Source: Squalus acanthias (lineage: Eukaryota). Taken from it: DNA of 64,000 nucleotides. Every line of letters starts with the position of its first letter. Within the stretch, counting starts at the first letter, position 1. Under the pieces are notes generated by a model. The model was not told the origin of the DNA. It searched no databases and saw nothing but the letters and a program-made list of their open reading frames with translations. Shown here piece after piece: positions 13,930-27,450 of this stretch. The stretch lies in the NCBI GenBank assembly GCA_030390025.1, contig CM059433.1, positions 31,994,001-32,058,000 on the forward strand, written 5' to 3'. Made by a program: the position numbers and the translations under genes.

Positions 13930-14375
13930 CAACAACTTGCATTTATAAAGCGCCTTTAACGTAGACACCGAGCCACATAAAGAGATATTAGGACAGTTGA
14001 CCAAAAGCATAGTCAAAGAGGTAGGTTTTAAGAAGCATCTTAAAGGAGGAGATAAAAGTAGAGAGGTGGAGAGGTTTAGGGAGGGAATTCCAGAGCTTCG
14101 GGCCAAGGCAGCTGAAGGCACGGCCACCAATGGTGGAGCGATGAAAATTGGGATGTACAAGAGGCCAGAATTGGAGAAGCGCAGATATCTCGGAGGGCTG
14201 TAGGGCTGGAGGAGGTTAAAGAGTTGAAGAGGGGCAAGGCCATGGAGGGATTTGAAAACAAGGATGAGAATTTTAAAATCGAGGCATTTCTGGACCGGGA
14301 GCCAATGTAGGTCAGTGCGCACAGGGGTGATGGGTGAACGGGGGACTTGGTGCGAATTAGGATACAGGCAGCAGT
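13930..14375 (-). mobile_element. L2 LINE 3' fragment
   Basis: RSPITPVRTDLHWLPVQ and L2 tail on the minus strand. Confidence 0.85.
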
Positions 14376-15261
14376 TTTTGATAAGCTTAGGCAAGGTGCA
14401 AGGCAGGACGGATTTGTACTATGACCCTTCTAAAGCCCACCACAAATAAATAATCTGATCTGTGACTGTTCATGAGAGAAATATCGGGATATTACAAGTG
14501 TTTCAGTTGACCAGCAATAGAAGAAAATTCATATTTCAAGGCACTGTTACTCCAAGTAAGCTGTTAAATCATTGATTGCTGCAGTATTCAGGCTGCAGTT
14601 ATGCTGCACTACTGCTCGGAGACCTGGAAACCGTGAAGTGCGAAGCACACCCGGCAACACCCAAATTATATTATGGGCTGTCCCTGGCTATAAATGTACA
14701 TTACCCACAAGGAAAGAGCTCTGTACCAGGGATTTAACTTGGTTAGAATGGGTCAGTCCAGCATCATGCAGTGCATTTACCCACTAACTCACTGATTTAA
14801 AATGCATGACTTTGTTAATTTCATTTTTTACAATATATAGGCCTGTTTTAAATAATTTAGTTCCACTGAGAACAAGATTTCTTCAACTATTCCTTCACAT
14901 TAAAAACAAAAGAGATAAAACTGTGTTTAAATAAACAACACTGATAGGAATGGCCCTTGCATTTACTGATACTTTAGGCAACCATTCTTCCTTGGCACTC
15001 ATAAAAAAGTATGCCATGTCACATTAAACAGTTGGTGGCAATGGAGATTAAACAGTGTCACCTCAATTGTTATACAACACACAATAGGTGCCTGTACCTG
15101 CTCAGTAGTTCTCCATGTTTCACAGAAGCCAAATCTCCATGTGTGCATGCCACCTTACTTGCCAATGCATCAAGAGGTACAACTCATGCCAGTAGATGCA
15201 TTTCAGACTGCTCTAACATAAGCTGGATAGCAGGCCATTTGTTGGACTGGAGCCAACACAT

Positions 15262-16004
15262 GGCCCAAAAATTAGTCTTAGTACGCGAGAGTACGCACTG
15301 TGTACTCTCGCGTATTCTGTCTCCAATTGTCGGTTTTCTGCATGCACTGCGCATGCGCTGAAAACCGGCACTTGGTGAACTCAAAAGGGGGCGGTTCCTA
15401 AGTGAACCGCATGCGCGCTACAGGCTGCGCGCACGCAGTGCACTTAGTGCTTTGAACGCGCAGGTAAGCATGGAAGATTTTGCACATAAAGAAAGGAGGC
15501 GTAAGACCCTCTTTTAACAAGGTAAGTAGTTAATTAAGTATTATTTTAAATTTTTTTCAACAGGTTTATCATTTTTAGAGACTTTAAAGAAAGGTAAGTT
15601 TATTTTTATAACTTTTAAAAAGATTTAAAATTTTTCAAAAATTTAATTTTTTGTTTAAAGTGGTTAATTTATTTAACTATACTTATTTTATTAATGTGAT
15701 GGTTTTAAAAAAAAAATTAATTGAGGTTTAGCTGTTCTTTTGGGGGGGTATAGATTCATAGCTTTGACAGCCCTTGCTGTCAAAACTATGAATGAAAGAT
15801 GGTGTGCTGCCATTGGCTCTAACTGAATCATGTGATCCCACAGCTCGCACGAATTAACTGCGTCTGTGGGATACGCACACACTGCACAGCTGCAGCCTTG
15901 AAACTAAAGTTCGTGTGAGCTCGGAAGGAAAAGGCAGGCGCGCAGTGAGATATCGCGGGGAAGCCATACCCCCGCAGGAAGGCTCCGTCTTTAATTTCTG
16001 GGCC
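15262..16004. mobile_element. Harbinger-type MITE (family 2)
   Basis: TIR GGCCCAAAAATTA / TAATTTCTGGGCC; colinear with 54850-55601. Confidence 0.7.
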
Positions 16005-16182
16005 ATTACTGTGTTGTCAGACACCCACTCCCTGGGGTCAATACTCTGGAAGTCATCTTTGATTTGGTAGCTTCTTGCTGGGATTTTTGTATCACATTAT
16101 TACAGCTACCACTGTAAGTGCAGCACAGAAATCGGAATAATGACGCAAGTGCTTAGACATTGAGAATGAACTGAAAGACATT

Positions 16183-16356
16183 GGGATCATTTTGACTTTG
16201 TGTGATAGTGTAAAATGGGCGATAGCGAGTCGGCAACCATTTTATATGTCCTCTCGATTGAAGTCAATGGAAATATTAATCGGGAGAGATATAAATCGGG
16301 CAGCTGCCTCACTATCACCTGTTTTACACTTTTGTGCAAAGTGAAAGTTATGCCCA
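16183..16356. repeat. Short imperfect palindromic MITE-like element
   Basis: AGTGTAAAATGGGCGATAGCGAG pairs imperfectly with CTCACTATCACCTGTTTTACACT; central ATTGAAGTCAAT. Confidence 0.5.
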
Positions 16357-17147
16357 CAGAAGCAAAATTAACCAGCAGAAAATCAGATCAGAGGTTCGGT
16401 GATATTTTTCACCACAGAATATGAAGATGTGGAACAGAAGATTTACAAGTATCACCACAACAGTGCAAGAAGTGAATAGTACAGAGGAGTTTTCTGCCCA
16501 CGAGCATGATAGCAGCAAGCATTGCCAGGTTTCTTTCAGTTGAGCAAGAAAAGGAGAAGAAGTGGGCACTGAAGGCTTATGACTCTCATGCAATAGGATT
16601 ACCCGAACAAGTGCAGGGATGATAAAGGAGTAGTGCACAATGAGGCTCAGGCTCAGTAGGGAGGTTGTGACTGGCGTGTGCCATTAGCATAAGAACTGCA
16701 GGGACAGTCCGCCATCTGCACTGCACTGGCAGCGATACTGAATGTTTTACTGTGTAAACTGTATTTAAATAAACAGCACTGCTAGCAATGGCCCCTGCAT
16801 TTACAGATGCCCTGCGCTAATAATGTAGATGCCTGTGTTACATTAAACTGTGAGTGTGAATGAGGCAGATTAAGCAATGTCACCTCATTCGGCATACTGC
16901 ACACAATAGGTGCTCTGCTTGGAGGGAACAACATGTAACCTGCACGTGCCACCTCAATTTTTATGCCCTGGCAACCTTCTGTGCACCCATAGCGTTCATT
17001 ATAGGAGTCAGCCACTCTATCGTATACTGCTCTTTTAAAGGGATAACTTTAGCACTGTATTTGCACACCCCCTCTTATATATACATCAGCAGTGAGCAAC
17101 GGCACCAGTACTACAGGCATTTGTTCCCCCTAAATTATTGGCTTGTA

Positions 17148-17318
17148 GACCTCTCTACCTCTCTCTCCTTCTTTGACGCTCCTTAAAACCTAGCTCTTTG
17201 ACCAAGCCCTATCCTAATATCTCTTTATGTGGCTCGTTGTCAAATTTTGCTTGATGACGCTCCTGTGTAAGGCCTTGGGACGTTTTGTTACTTTAAAGGT
17301 GCTATATAAATGCAAGTT
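17148..17318 (+). mobile_element. L2 3' tail fragment
   Basis: Matches 3650-3820. Confidence 0.75.
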
Positions 17319-17517
17319 ACAGGCATGCAGGCAGCTATTCATGCGCCCAGGCACATGTATGAACCAGGGCCTTTAATGAGCAGATATCTGAACTGCTAAA
17401 GTAAAGCTGTAGTTGCTTGCACCACTTGGTGGAAGGAACTTTACTATATAGTGCAGGAGCATACAATGGACAAAGGCTTCACAATGGACTTGGATGGGAA
17501 GAAACTGGGAGCACTTA

Positions 17518-17640
17518 GAAGAAAGAAAGAATGAACTAAAGAGAAAGAAAGAAAGGAAGGAAGGAAGGAAGGAAGGAAGGAAGGAAGGAAGGAAGGAAGG
17601 AAGGAAGGACAGAAAGAAAGGACAGAAAGACAGAAGGAAA
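17518..17640 (+). repeat. (GGAA)n/(GAAA)n microsatellite, the tail of a minus-strand SINE fragment
   Basis: Direct tandem repeat followed by AACTTGCACTTATATAG. Confidence 0.95.
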
Positions 17641-18470
17641 AAACTTGCACTTATATAGTGCCTTTCACAACCTCAGGACATCTCAAAGCGCAAATCCAGA
17701 AGGATAGCACTGTGCAGTAAGCAGCAGCAGAGCAGCCACTGTAGGCAAGGAGATAGGTCCATGAGGATCTCGCTGCCCAGTTCTTCCAATGAACTGTTAA
17801 ACTGGTGCTATTACTTTCTATTGGACAGATTTACAGTCACAGAAGTGTGATTTGATTTGCCTCTTTAATTTTTGTGAACTGCTGATGTTCCTTACGTTTG
17901 AATAACCAACACTTTCATTTCTGCACTGTACAAGAATGACAGACTGTAAAATATAGTGAAAGTTAGTTGATGTCATTAAGTTCTGTAGTGGTAGTTGTGT
18001 ACATGGTTAATGTACCTTGCAGCTCAGTGATAAGATCATAAATCTGCATTCAAACGTAATATGGAGTTCAAAGAGACAAGCTACCACCCATGCTTTAGAT
18101 ATTAAATAGGACACACAGTGTGTTCTAAGTCAGCATCCATAAAAGTCTTTTTAAATGTGCACTTATTACATTTTTGAAAAGTCTTCCAGAGCAACATCTA
18201 ACCATGCATCAACTAGGTGCAGGGTTTATCTAATAGAATCAGTCTGTATTTCATTTGTTTATGTAAAGCTGACAGAGTTGTTCAGATAACCTCACTGACT
18301 TTTATTCACAGGTCACACTAATGTCAAGCCCGGCACTTTATAATATAATCTATCACCAACTTCAATTTGGCTGAATTTTATTGAAAGCAAGATCATATTT
18401 TCAAAACCATCAGTTACTGCCCAACCTCCTCTGCCTACAATGTGTGTTTTGAATAATAGATGCAGTTTAA

Positions 18471-21400
18471 GGGAACGGTAGCATAGTGGTTATGTTACTG
18501 GCCTAGTCATCCAGAGGCCTGGACTCATGATCCAGAGACGTGAGTTCAAATCCCAGGACGGCAGCTGGGGAATTTAGATTCAGTTAATTAAATAAATCTG
18601 GAATAAAAAGCTAGTATCAGTAATAGTGACCATGTGACCATGAAACTGTCAGATTGTCGTAAAAACCCATCTGGTTCACTAATGTCCTTTAGGGAAGGAA
18701 ATCTGCCGTCCTTACCTGGTCTGACCTATATGTGACTCCAGACCCACAGCAATGTGGTTGACTCTTAACTGCCCTCTGAAATGGCCTAGCAAGCCACTCA
18801 GTTGTAACAAACCGCTACGAAAAACAATAATAAGAATAAAACCGGACGGACGACCTGGCATTGACCTGGACACGACAACGGCACACCCAGCCCAGTCGAC
18901 CCTGCAAAGTCCTCCTCACCAACATCTGAGGACTTGTGCCAAAATTGGGAGAGCTGTTCCACAGACTAGTCAACCAACAGCCTGACATAGTCATACTCAC
19001 AGAATCATACCTTTCAGCCAATGTCCCAAACTCCTCCATCACCATCCCTGGGTATGTCCTGTCCCACTGGCAGGTCAGACCCACTGGGGTGGCGGCACAG
19101 TGGTATAGAGTCGGGAAGGAGTGGCCCTGGGAGTCCTCAACTGTGACTCCGGTCCCCATGAAGTCTCATGGCTTCAGGTCAAGCATGGGCAAGGAAACCT
19201 CCTGCTGATTACCACCTACTGCCCTCCCTCAGCTGATGAATCAGTACTCCTCAATGTTGAACACCACTTGGAAGAAGCACTGAGAGTAGCAAAGGCACAG
19301 AATGTACTCTGGGTGGGGGACGTCAATGTCCATCACCAAGAGTGGCTCGGTAGTACCACTGCTGGCCGAGTCCTGAAGGACATAGCTGCCAGTCTGGGCC
19401 TGCGACAGGTGGTGAGAGAACCAACACGAGAGAAAAACCTACTTGACCTCGTCTTCACCAATCTACCTGTCGCAGATGCATCTGTCCATGACAGTATTAG
19501 TGGCAGTGACCACCGCACAGTCATTGTGGAGACGAAGTCCCATCTTCACACTGAGGACACCCTCCATCGTGATGTGTGGCACTACCACCGTGCTAAATGG
19601 GATAGATTCAGAACAGATCTAGCATCTCAAAACTGGGCATCCATGAGGTGCTGTGGGCCATCAGGAGCAGCAGAATTGTATTCCACCACAATCTGTAACC
19701 TCATGGCCCAGCATATCCCTCACTCTACCATTACCATCAAGCCAGGAGACCAACCCTGGTTCAATAAGGAGTGTAGAAGAGCATGCCAGGAGCAGCACCA
19801 GATGTATCAAAAAATGAGGTGCCAACCTGGAGAAGCTGCAACACAGGACTACATGCATGCTGAAAAGCAGATGCAGCATGCTATAGACAGGGCAAAGCGA
19901 TCCCACAATCAACGGATCAGATCAAAGCTCTGCAGTCCTGCCACATCCAGTTGTGAATGGTGGTGGACCATTAAACAACTAACAGGTGGAGGAGGCTCCA
20001 TGAATATCCCCATCCTCAATGATGGTAGAGCCCAGCACGTGAGTGCAAAAGACAAAGCTGAAGCGTTTGTAACCATCTTCAGCCAGAAGTGCCAAGTGCA
20101 TGATCCATATCGGCCTCCTCCTGAGGTCCCCACCATCATGGAAGCCAATCTTCAGCCAATTTGATTCACTCCAAGTCATATCAAGAAACAGCTAAGCGCA
20201 CTGGATACAGCAAAGGCTATGCACCCCGACAACATCCCAGCTGTTGTGCTGAAGACTAGTGCTCCAGAAGTAGCCGCGTCTCTAGCCAAGCTGTTCCAGT
20301 ACAGCTACAACACTGGCATCTATCCGACAATGTGGAAAGTATGCCCTGTCCACAAAAAGCAGGACAAATCCAATCCGGCCAATTACCACCCCATCAGTCT
20401 ACTTTCAATCATCAGCAAAGTGATGGAAGGTGTCGTCGACAATGCTATCAAGTGGCACTTACTCACCAATAACCTGCTCACTGATGTCCACTTTGTGTTC
20501 CTCCAAGACCACTCTGTTCCAGACCTCATTACAGCCTTGGTCCAAACATGGACTGCAGAGATGAGGTGAGAGTGACTGCTGTTGACATCAAGGCAGCATT
20601 TGACTGAGTGTGGCATCAAGGAGCCCTAGTAAAACTGAGGTCAATGGGAATCAGGTGGAAAACTCTCCAATGGCTAGAGTCATTCCTAGCACAAAGGAAG
20701 AGGGTTGTGGTGGTTGGAGGTCAATCATCACAGACCCAGGACATCGCTGCAGAAGTTCCTCAGGGCAGTGTACTAGGCCCAACCATCTTCAGCTGCTTCA
20801 TCAATGACCTTCCCTCCAACATAAGGTCAGAAATGGGGATGTTCGCTGATGACTGCACTGTGTTCAGTGCCATTCACAACTCCTCAGATAATGAAGCAGT
20901 CCATGCCTGCCTGCAACAAGACCTGGATGACATTCAGTTTTGGGCTGAAAAGTGGCTGATAACATTTGCGCCACAGAAGTGCCAGGCAATGACTAACTCC
21001 AACAAGCGAGAGTCTAACTACCATCCCTTGACATTCAACAGCAACCATCACCGAATCCCCCACCATCAACATCCTGGGGGTCACCATTGACCAGATACTT
21101 AACTGGACCAGCCACATAAATACTGTGGCAACAAGAACAGGTCAGAGGCTAGGTATTCTGCAGCGAGTGTATCATCTCCTGACTCCCCAAAGCCTTTCTA
21201 CCATCTGCAAGGCACAAGTCAGGATTTTGATGGAATACTCTCACTTGCCTGGATGAGTGCAGCTCCAACAACACTCAAGAAGCTCGACACCATCCATGAC
21301 AAAGCAGCCCGCTTGATTGGCACCCCCTTCACCACCTTAAACATGCACTCCCTTCCAGCACCAGCATACCGTGGCTGCAGTGTGTACCATCTATAAGATG

Positions 21401-21745
21401 CACTGCAGCAACTCGCCAATGCTTCTTCGGCAGCACCTCCCAAACCCGCAACCTCTACCACCTAGAAGGACAAGGGCTGCAGGCGCATGTGAACACCACC
21501 ACCTCCAAGTTCCCCTCCAAGTTACACACCATCCTGACTTGGAAATATCTCACCGGTCCTTCATCGTCACTGGGTCAAAATCCTTGAACTCCCTCCCTAA
21601 CAGCAGCGTGGGAGTACCTTCACCACACAGACTGCAGTGGTTCAAGAAGGCGGCTCACCACCACCTTCTCAAGGGCCATCAGGGATGGGTAATAAATACT
21701 GGCCTTGCCAGTGACGCCCACATTCCATGAACGACTTTAAAAAAA
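18471..21745 (+). mobile_element. Near full-length CR1/L2-group LINE with a tRNA-derived 5' head and a single APE-RT ORF (pseudogenised)
   Basis: A box TAGCATAGTGG 18479-18489 and B box GAGTTCAAATCC 18542-18553; APE starts ~18905 (LTNI..DIVILTESYL); RT motifs PQGSVLGP and MFADD; A-rich end. Confidence 0.9.
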
Positions 21746-21898
21746 GGTGGTGTAAGTACATTACCTTTACATCAACATTTCTAAAAGTATTTGAAAGGAA
21801 TAAAACAGCTGATAATATTTCTGTATAAAGTTCAGATCCATGTTCTCCAATAGTGCCAGCTTAGCTTAGTTGGTTATAAAAAAAGAAATAAAGGAAAT

Positions 21899-22343
21899 AC
21901 TTGCATTTCTATAGCGCCTTTCATGACCTCAGGACATCCGAAAAAGCACTTTACAGCCAATTAAGTATTTTTGAAATGTAGTCACTGTTATAATGAAGGA
22001 AATGCAGCAGCCAAATTGCACACACCAAGGTCTCACTAACAGCAATGTGATAATAACCAGGTAATTTGTTTTTAGCGATGTTGGTTGAGGGATAAATATT
22101 GGCCAGGATACCGGGGAGAACACCCCTGCTCTTCTTCGAATTGTGCCATGGAATCTTTTACATCCACCTGAGAGGGCAAATGGAGCCTCGGTTTAACATC
22201 TCATCCAAAAGACGGGACCTCCAACGGTGGAGCACTCCCTCAGTGTCAGCCTAGATTTTGGTGCTCAAGTTTCTGGAGTGGGACCTGAACATACAACATT
22301 CTGACTCAGAGGCGAGAGTGCTACCATTGAGCCACAGTTGACA
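21899..22343 (-). mobile_element. tRNA-headed SINE with an L2-derived tail (DeuSINE/SacSINE1-like)
   Basis: Full head-body-tail copy; matches 46406-46860; tail shared with the L2 copies. Confidence 0.8.
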
Positions 22344-22374
22344 CCAGCAGTCTTAACTGCTCTCATCCCACTCA

Positions 22375-22800
22375 AAGACCTCAGGACATAACCTAAGTCA
22401 CATTTCAGCGCAGTGCTGAGGGAATGCTACGTTGTTGGTGAGACATTAAAGCGAGGGCTTGACTTGGGGTTCAGGTGGGCATTGAAGATCCCATGGCACT
22501 ACATAAAGAAGAGCAACGAATTCTACTGGGGGTCCTGGCCAACGTTCCTTCTTCAACCAACACCACTAAAATAGTTCTTCTATTGCTGGTTAACTGAAGC
22601 ACTCGTAATACCCCGATATTTCTCTCATGAACACTAACCTAGTCGTACATCTTGTTTGCTGCTTGTGAGATTTTGGTTTTTGCAAATTGACTTTTGTGTT
22701 TTCCTCTGTAACAACGACAGGCTTTAAAAGTAATTAATTGAACTTGAAATGCTTGGAAACGTCTTGAGGAAATGATAAGCTGCTATATAAATGAAAGTTC
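22375..22800 (+). mobile_element. Older, degraded copy of the same SINE family
   Basis: AGTGCTGAGGGA..AAGATCCCATGGCACTA..AAGAAGAGCA..GCTATATAAATG. Confidence 0.65.
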
Positions 22801-24419
22801 TTTCCTTCTAGTAAAGCAGATATATTTTCTACTTCATCATCCAACAGCTGAGTATGTACATAGTTTGTAAAGAAACGGAAAAGGAACACTTATAACTGAT
22901 GCAGTGCTAATGAACTGAAGGAGGTAAAGCTTTGATGAAGACCACAGTTGAATGGCTTCGACAGTTCAAACTTCTAAATATAGTTTCCTGCAGTGTGAGT
23001 ACTTTTTAAAATTCTGCATGCATGCATGACTTGCTTTTCATGGTTTTGTGTATTTCGAAGTCCTAGTGAACCACGGAATGGTTGACCATGAAAAGTGTCC
23101 AAGTATCAGTTGGCTGAACTTTATTGGAATTGACTGCGACCACTTAATGTGGACAACAAATCCAGAAGCAGCATGTCAAAAATATGAGATGGCACAGCCC
23201 CATTTATCTTTGCTAGAGTGTTAGCCACCAATTACATTCTGTAATGAGTTTGCTACAAATATTATTGAAAGTGACGTAGTTAATTTCAATGCAAGAGAAA
23301 TGAATGTCTCTTCCCCTCACTAGATGTAAAGTTGATGGCTCTGATCCATTGCTTCAGCTGTTGGCCTCCCGCTGATACCATTCCCCATTGCATCAACTTA
23401 TTTTTTTCCCTTTAAGTGATGAAACAAGCGATTAAAATATATTAATGGAGTTGGCACAACAAGAATGTGTGAATGCAGTTGTGTCATGTTCATTTAATGT
23501 AAGTTCTTATTGATCATGATATTTTCTAAAGGTCTTAATGAAAAGAACTTGCACTTCTTGTATTCATCACTGAATTCTGACAGATTACAAGGAATAGTTC
23601 TAGATCCACAGAAATAATATAATATTCTGAACTCATTCAAGAATAAGTAGGGCTGTTCTCAAGTCATCAGAGGGCAAGAGGGACTAATGTTGAAATTAAT
23701 ACATTTCCTCCAATTAACTGTGCGCTTGTTGAGAACACCCTCAGGATTGGCTCACAATACTGTATGTTGATCCATCACATGGCATAGCAGTCTCATGGTC
23801 ATGATGGAAAATGAATAGGTTTCTGAATTTCTTTCTGCAGTAAATTTACTAAATTTGGATCTGTCTCTGACAATCTTATTTGAAACTAAGCCCAGGGTTA
23901 GGCACCTCTGTCAGAGGTCAGAGGTAAAATAAGCCTCATAAGATCTCCAATGGACACAACAGTATAACAACAAGTGCTGCATCCATTGAGAAAAAATCAG
24001 GTCAAACAACTGTAATAGATTAAGTGCAGCTATGAATGATCAGTCTCACTAAAGTCATGTTAGACCTCTTAGGAAACATTCGTGTCTGCTTTTAAGTTTT
24101 GCACATTTTTTCTATGTAATGCATCCTATTTCGTATAAGATACAAACTATGTTTCCTAGTTTCTGCAGGCAACAAATGTCCAGTACTATGCCAGGGTGGG
24201 TTCTAACTGTGGATCTGAGAAAGAGGACTGAGCTGAATGTGGTGTTAGAACATTGAGCTCTCACCTCTTGAACTGGCTTTGATTCTGATCAGATTGATGA
24301 ACTGAAAGTCTCCTCACTTTAATGATTGGAAATATCTGATATGACTTCAATGTGGGCAATTGATATCCAGCTCTTGGTGTTTTTGGGACCACAGCATAAA
24401 TCTAGGAATTTTTTTTCAA

Positions 24420-24765
24420 ACTATTGATAGGGTAGATAGAACCTATTTCCTCTGGTGGGGGAGTCCAGAACAAAGGGGCATAACCTTAAAATTAGAGCCA
24501 GGCCATTCAGGGGTGATGTCAGGAAGCACTTCTTCACACAAAGGGTATTGGAAATCTGGAACTCTCTCCCCCAAAAAGCTGTTGAGGCTGGGGGGGTCAA
24601 TTGAAAATTTTAAAGCTGAGATCGATAGATTTTTGTTAGGCAAGGGTATTAAGGGTTTCGGAACCAAGGCGGGTAGATGGCGTTAAGACACAGATCAGCC
24701 ATGATCTGATTGAATGGTGGAACAGGTTCGAGGGGCTGAAGGGTACTCCTGTTTCTATGTTCCTA
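24420..24765 (+). mobile_element. CR1 LINE 3' fragment
   Basis: Similar to 54180-54612; CR1 ORF2 C-terminus and tail. Confidence 0.8.
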
Positions 24766-25094
24766 CCCCAAATTAACAGTCTCACTCAATAAGGTCATGT
24801 GGATGGCTGATGCAGGAAATGGGATGGGGTGGGCGGGGGGAACCCAGCAATGCTGCATTACAAAATGCTCTTCTGAGGTTGGTGCTATGGCACAATGTTC
24901 AAGTAGATGAAAGGGAACTTGATACAACATTTGTCCTCTGCTATATCTGACTTGGGAGCATTGGGCAAAAGTGTAAGTTTTTCACTCCCCAACACTTGGG
25001 GACCAGACAAAAATACCAAACAATATGAGTATAGGGTGGCACAGATAAGAAGTGACCACAATGAGCTGGCCGTGTGGATAAGAAATGGTCAGTA

Positions 25095-25347
25095 TGGTGA
25101 TCAGATAGAGGTATTTAAAATGATAAAAGTATTATGATAGGCTAGATATGGAGAAACTATTTCCTCCAGTGGAGGAATCAAGAACAAGAGAACATAATCC
25201 TAAAATTAGAGCTAGGCCATTCAGGAGTGAAAATGCAGCACTCCCTCAGTACTGAGTGTCAGTCTAGATTTTGTGCTCAAGTCTCTGGAGTGGGACTTGA
25301 GCCCACAGCCTTCTGACTCAGTGCTACCCACTGAGCCACAGCTGACA
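25095..25347. mobile_element. CR1 fragment (+) joined to a SINE head fragment (-)
   Basis: GDQIEVFKMIK motif; 25234-25347 matches the SINE 5' end. Confidence 0.65.
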
Positions 25348-27237
25348 CCATGAAAAGGGAAGAAAAATACCATTGTACCATTGATCGGTCAGGTTTTAAC
25401 GGTTTGGTATTTTCTCTCAGTAGTCCAGAAGAGGTCTTGATATTAATAACCATAGTCTGTTCAAGATGAAAGATTTAAGTCAAGTCCTTTCTGTCGCAAT
25501 GGTTTCTGGTAACGAAGACATGAATAATGCAAAATCAAAAAACAAATGAAAAGAAACAGCAACAAAACACACCAATTTTACAACTGAACTCACTACTGCA
25601 CAATACTAGTGTGGAAGCATGTACGAGAAACTCGTAACTTGTAGTGAAATGCTAGTTTGATAAAATACACAATGGAAATAAGATTTATCACTGGGAGTTT
25701 TCCGGAGGCTTCTCTCACTCTGCTTTCAGAGAAAGCTCAGCATTGACGGGTTTCCAAGCTGCGCGGTGGAGCAGGAGAAGCCGTGAGGAAACTCACACCA
25801 TATGTCCCTCAAGCTGGTTGAAAGCCCATAATGAATTGATAGAACGAAGAGGACTGTCCAGAAACGAATCAACAGAACAAGATGGGACTTTTAAGAACCA
25901 GTCTATGAACCTATCGATGGGACAAAATAGAACGGTGTGAGTTCATAGTCACGGAACAGGATGATAAAATTAATCATCGGAAGTAGTTGACATAACAGGA
26001 TGTAACTATTGTAACAATCTTCGGACAAGAATAACTTTCACTTAATATACAAGTTGACATAACAGCGTAACAGAGTCAATCAAAGGGACTAGACAGGTTC
26101 TTGTCAACAAATGGGATTCAAAGTTATTAGAAATGTACCATGGGAATACTGTGGATAGATGGGCTAGATGGGCTGAAGGCCATCTCCTGCTTGAAACTGT
26201 TAGTATATAAAACTACTTGACAGAACTTGTTAACACAAGGTGATAAAGCACGGTGAAAGAACAAGGTGATTAAACGAGTCCAAAACTGAAAGCATTTTCA
26301 CCTCCTTTCACATGATTTTGAAGGCGGGGGTGGGGGGAGTAGATAAGGTGCGTGCAAGGCCCGAAGTGGGCTGCGCACTGGGGAGTCCGGGGACATGGGG
26401 GCCCCGCCGATCTTTAAGGCTGCGCCTCTCCGACAAGCGACAATTGAAGAGCAATTTTTGTCCTCACATTCCTGTCTCTAAAACCAATGCTTATTAATAA
26501 CCTTATTGCTGTCCATTAGAAAACCATTTAAACTGTATCGTAATGCTCAAGACTATTCTGTGGCTGTTTGGTGAATGTTGGTAATTTTTAACTTTGAACC
26601 AGTAGAATATAGTAAATGTGGGACTAATGTCAGCGGTAGTGCCTCACCATACCATATAACGTGGGTTTAACTCAGTATAATGCTCTCCTCCAGCAGATCA
26701 AAAACACTAATTAAGCCAATTATTAAATGAGGAGCCAGTGTCTGGCATTATTGCCTTTTATGCCAGCAGTGCTCTTAGCTGCACTTGGACCAAGCTTTAA
26801 TACTGCTGACAGTTTTGCATCAATAGGTTTAATGATTTTCATTATCAGAAAGAGCCTTCCTTGTAAATGATAATGCATCAGGAAACAATACTAATGAGCT
26901 TTAGCAACATCGCTGGCAGATGTGACATTTCCAACAAATCTATTTGCACTTTGTTACATTTCTGCTGTGGTCTTTATGAGCGCTGAGGAAATGTGCTCAT
27001 TTTCAATGACGTTGCACCAAAAAAATACAGTTCTGATGCGGTCAACTGCAAACCACCCTTTGCAATAATATAATTCGTGAAAACAGGAACTGGAGGATCT
27101 AATGAGTAAAAGGGTCTTGTATATGTGACTAAATATTTCAGGAGAGACAGGGAGGGCACGCTGCTATATCTGTCCATTCTGCATGTGAAATCAGAATGAA
27201 TTAGTGGCATGATGAAGAAAAACACACTCGTTCAAGG

Positions 27238-27450
27238 AACAACAGCAATTTATATTTCTGTAGCGCCTTTAACGTTAAAATGAAAATGTCCCTGGTTGCT
27301 TCTCAAATGGAAGGACGATAAATGGATACCGAGACAGAAAGGGAGAAATTAGGAAGTTGGGTCAAGGAGGTGGGTTTGGAGAAGGCTTGTAAACTGGAGA
27401 GAGGTGGAGAAGCAGAGGGAGTTCCAGAGTAGAAGCTGAGGCAACAAAAG
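27238..27450 (-). mobile_element. Degraded L2 3' tail next to the provirus insertion site
   Basis: AACAACAGCAATTTATATTTCTGTAGCGCCTTTAAC resembles the reverse L2 tail. Confidence 0.6.

Noticed and set aside
18471..18560. tRNA gene
   Set aside because: Only A/B boxes are present; no complete cloverleaf or T-run terminator, and it continues into a retroelement body
26974..27225. Short ORFs in unique sequence as host exons (also 56117-56544)
   Set aside because: No recognisable domain and no convincing splice-site pairing; I cannot support a host gene call
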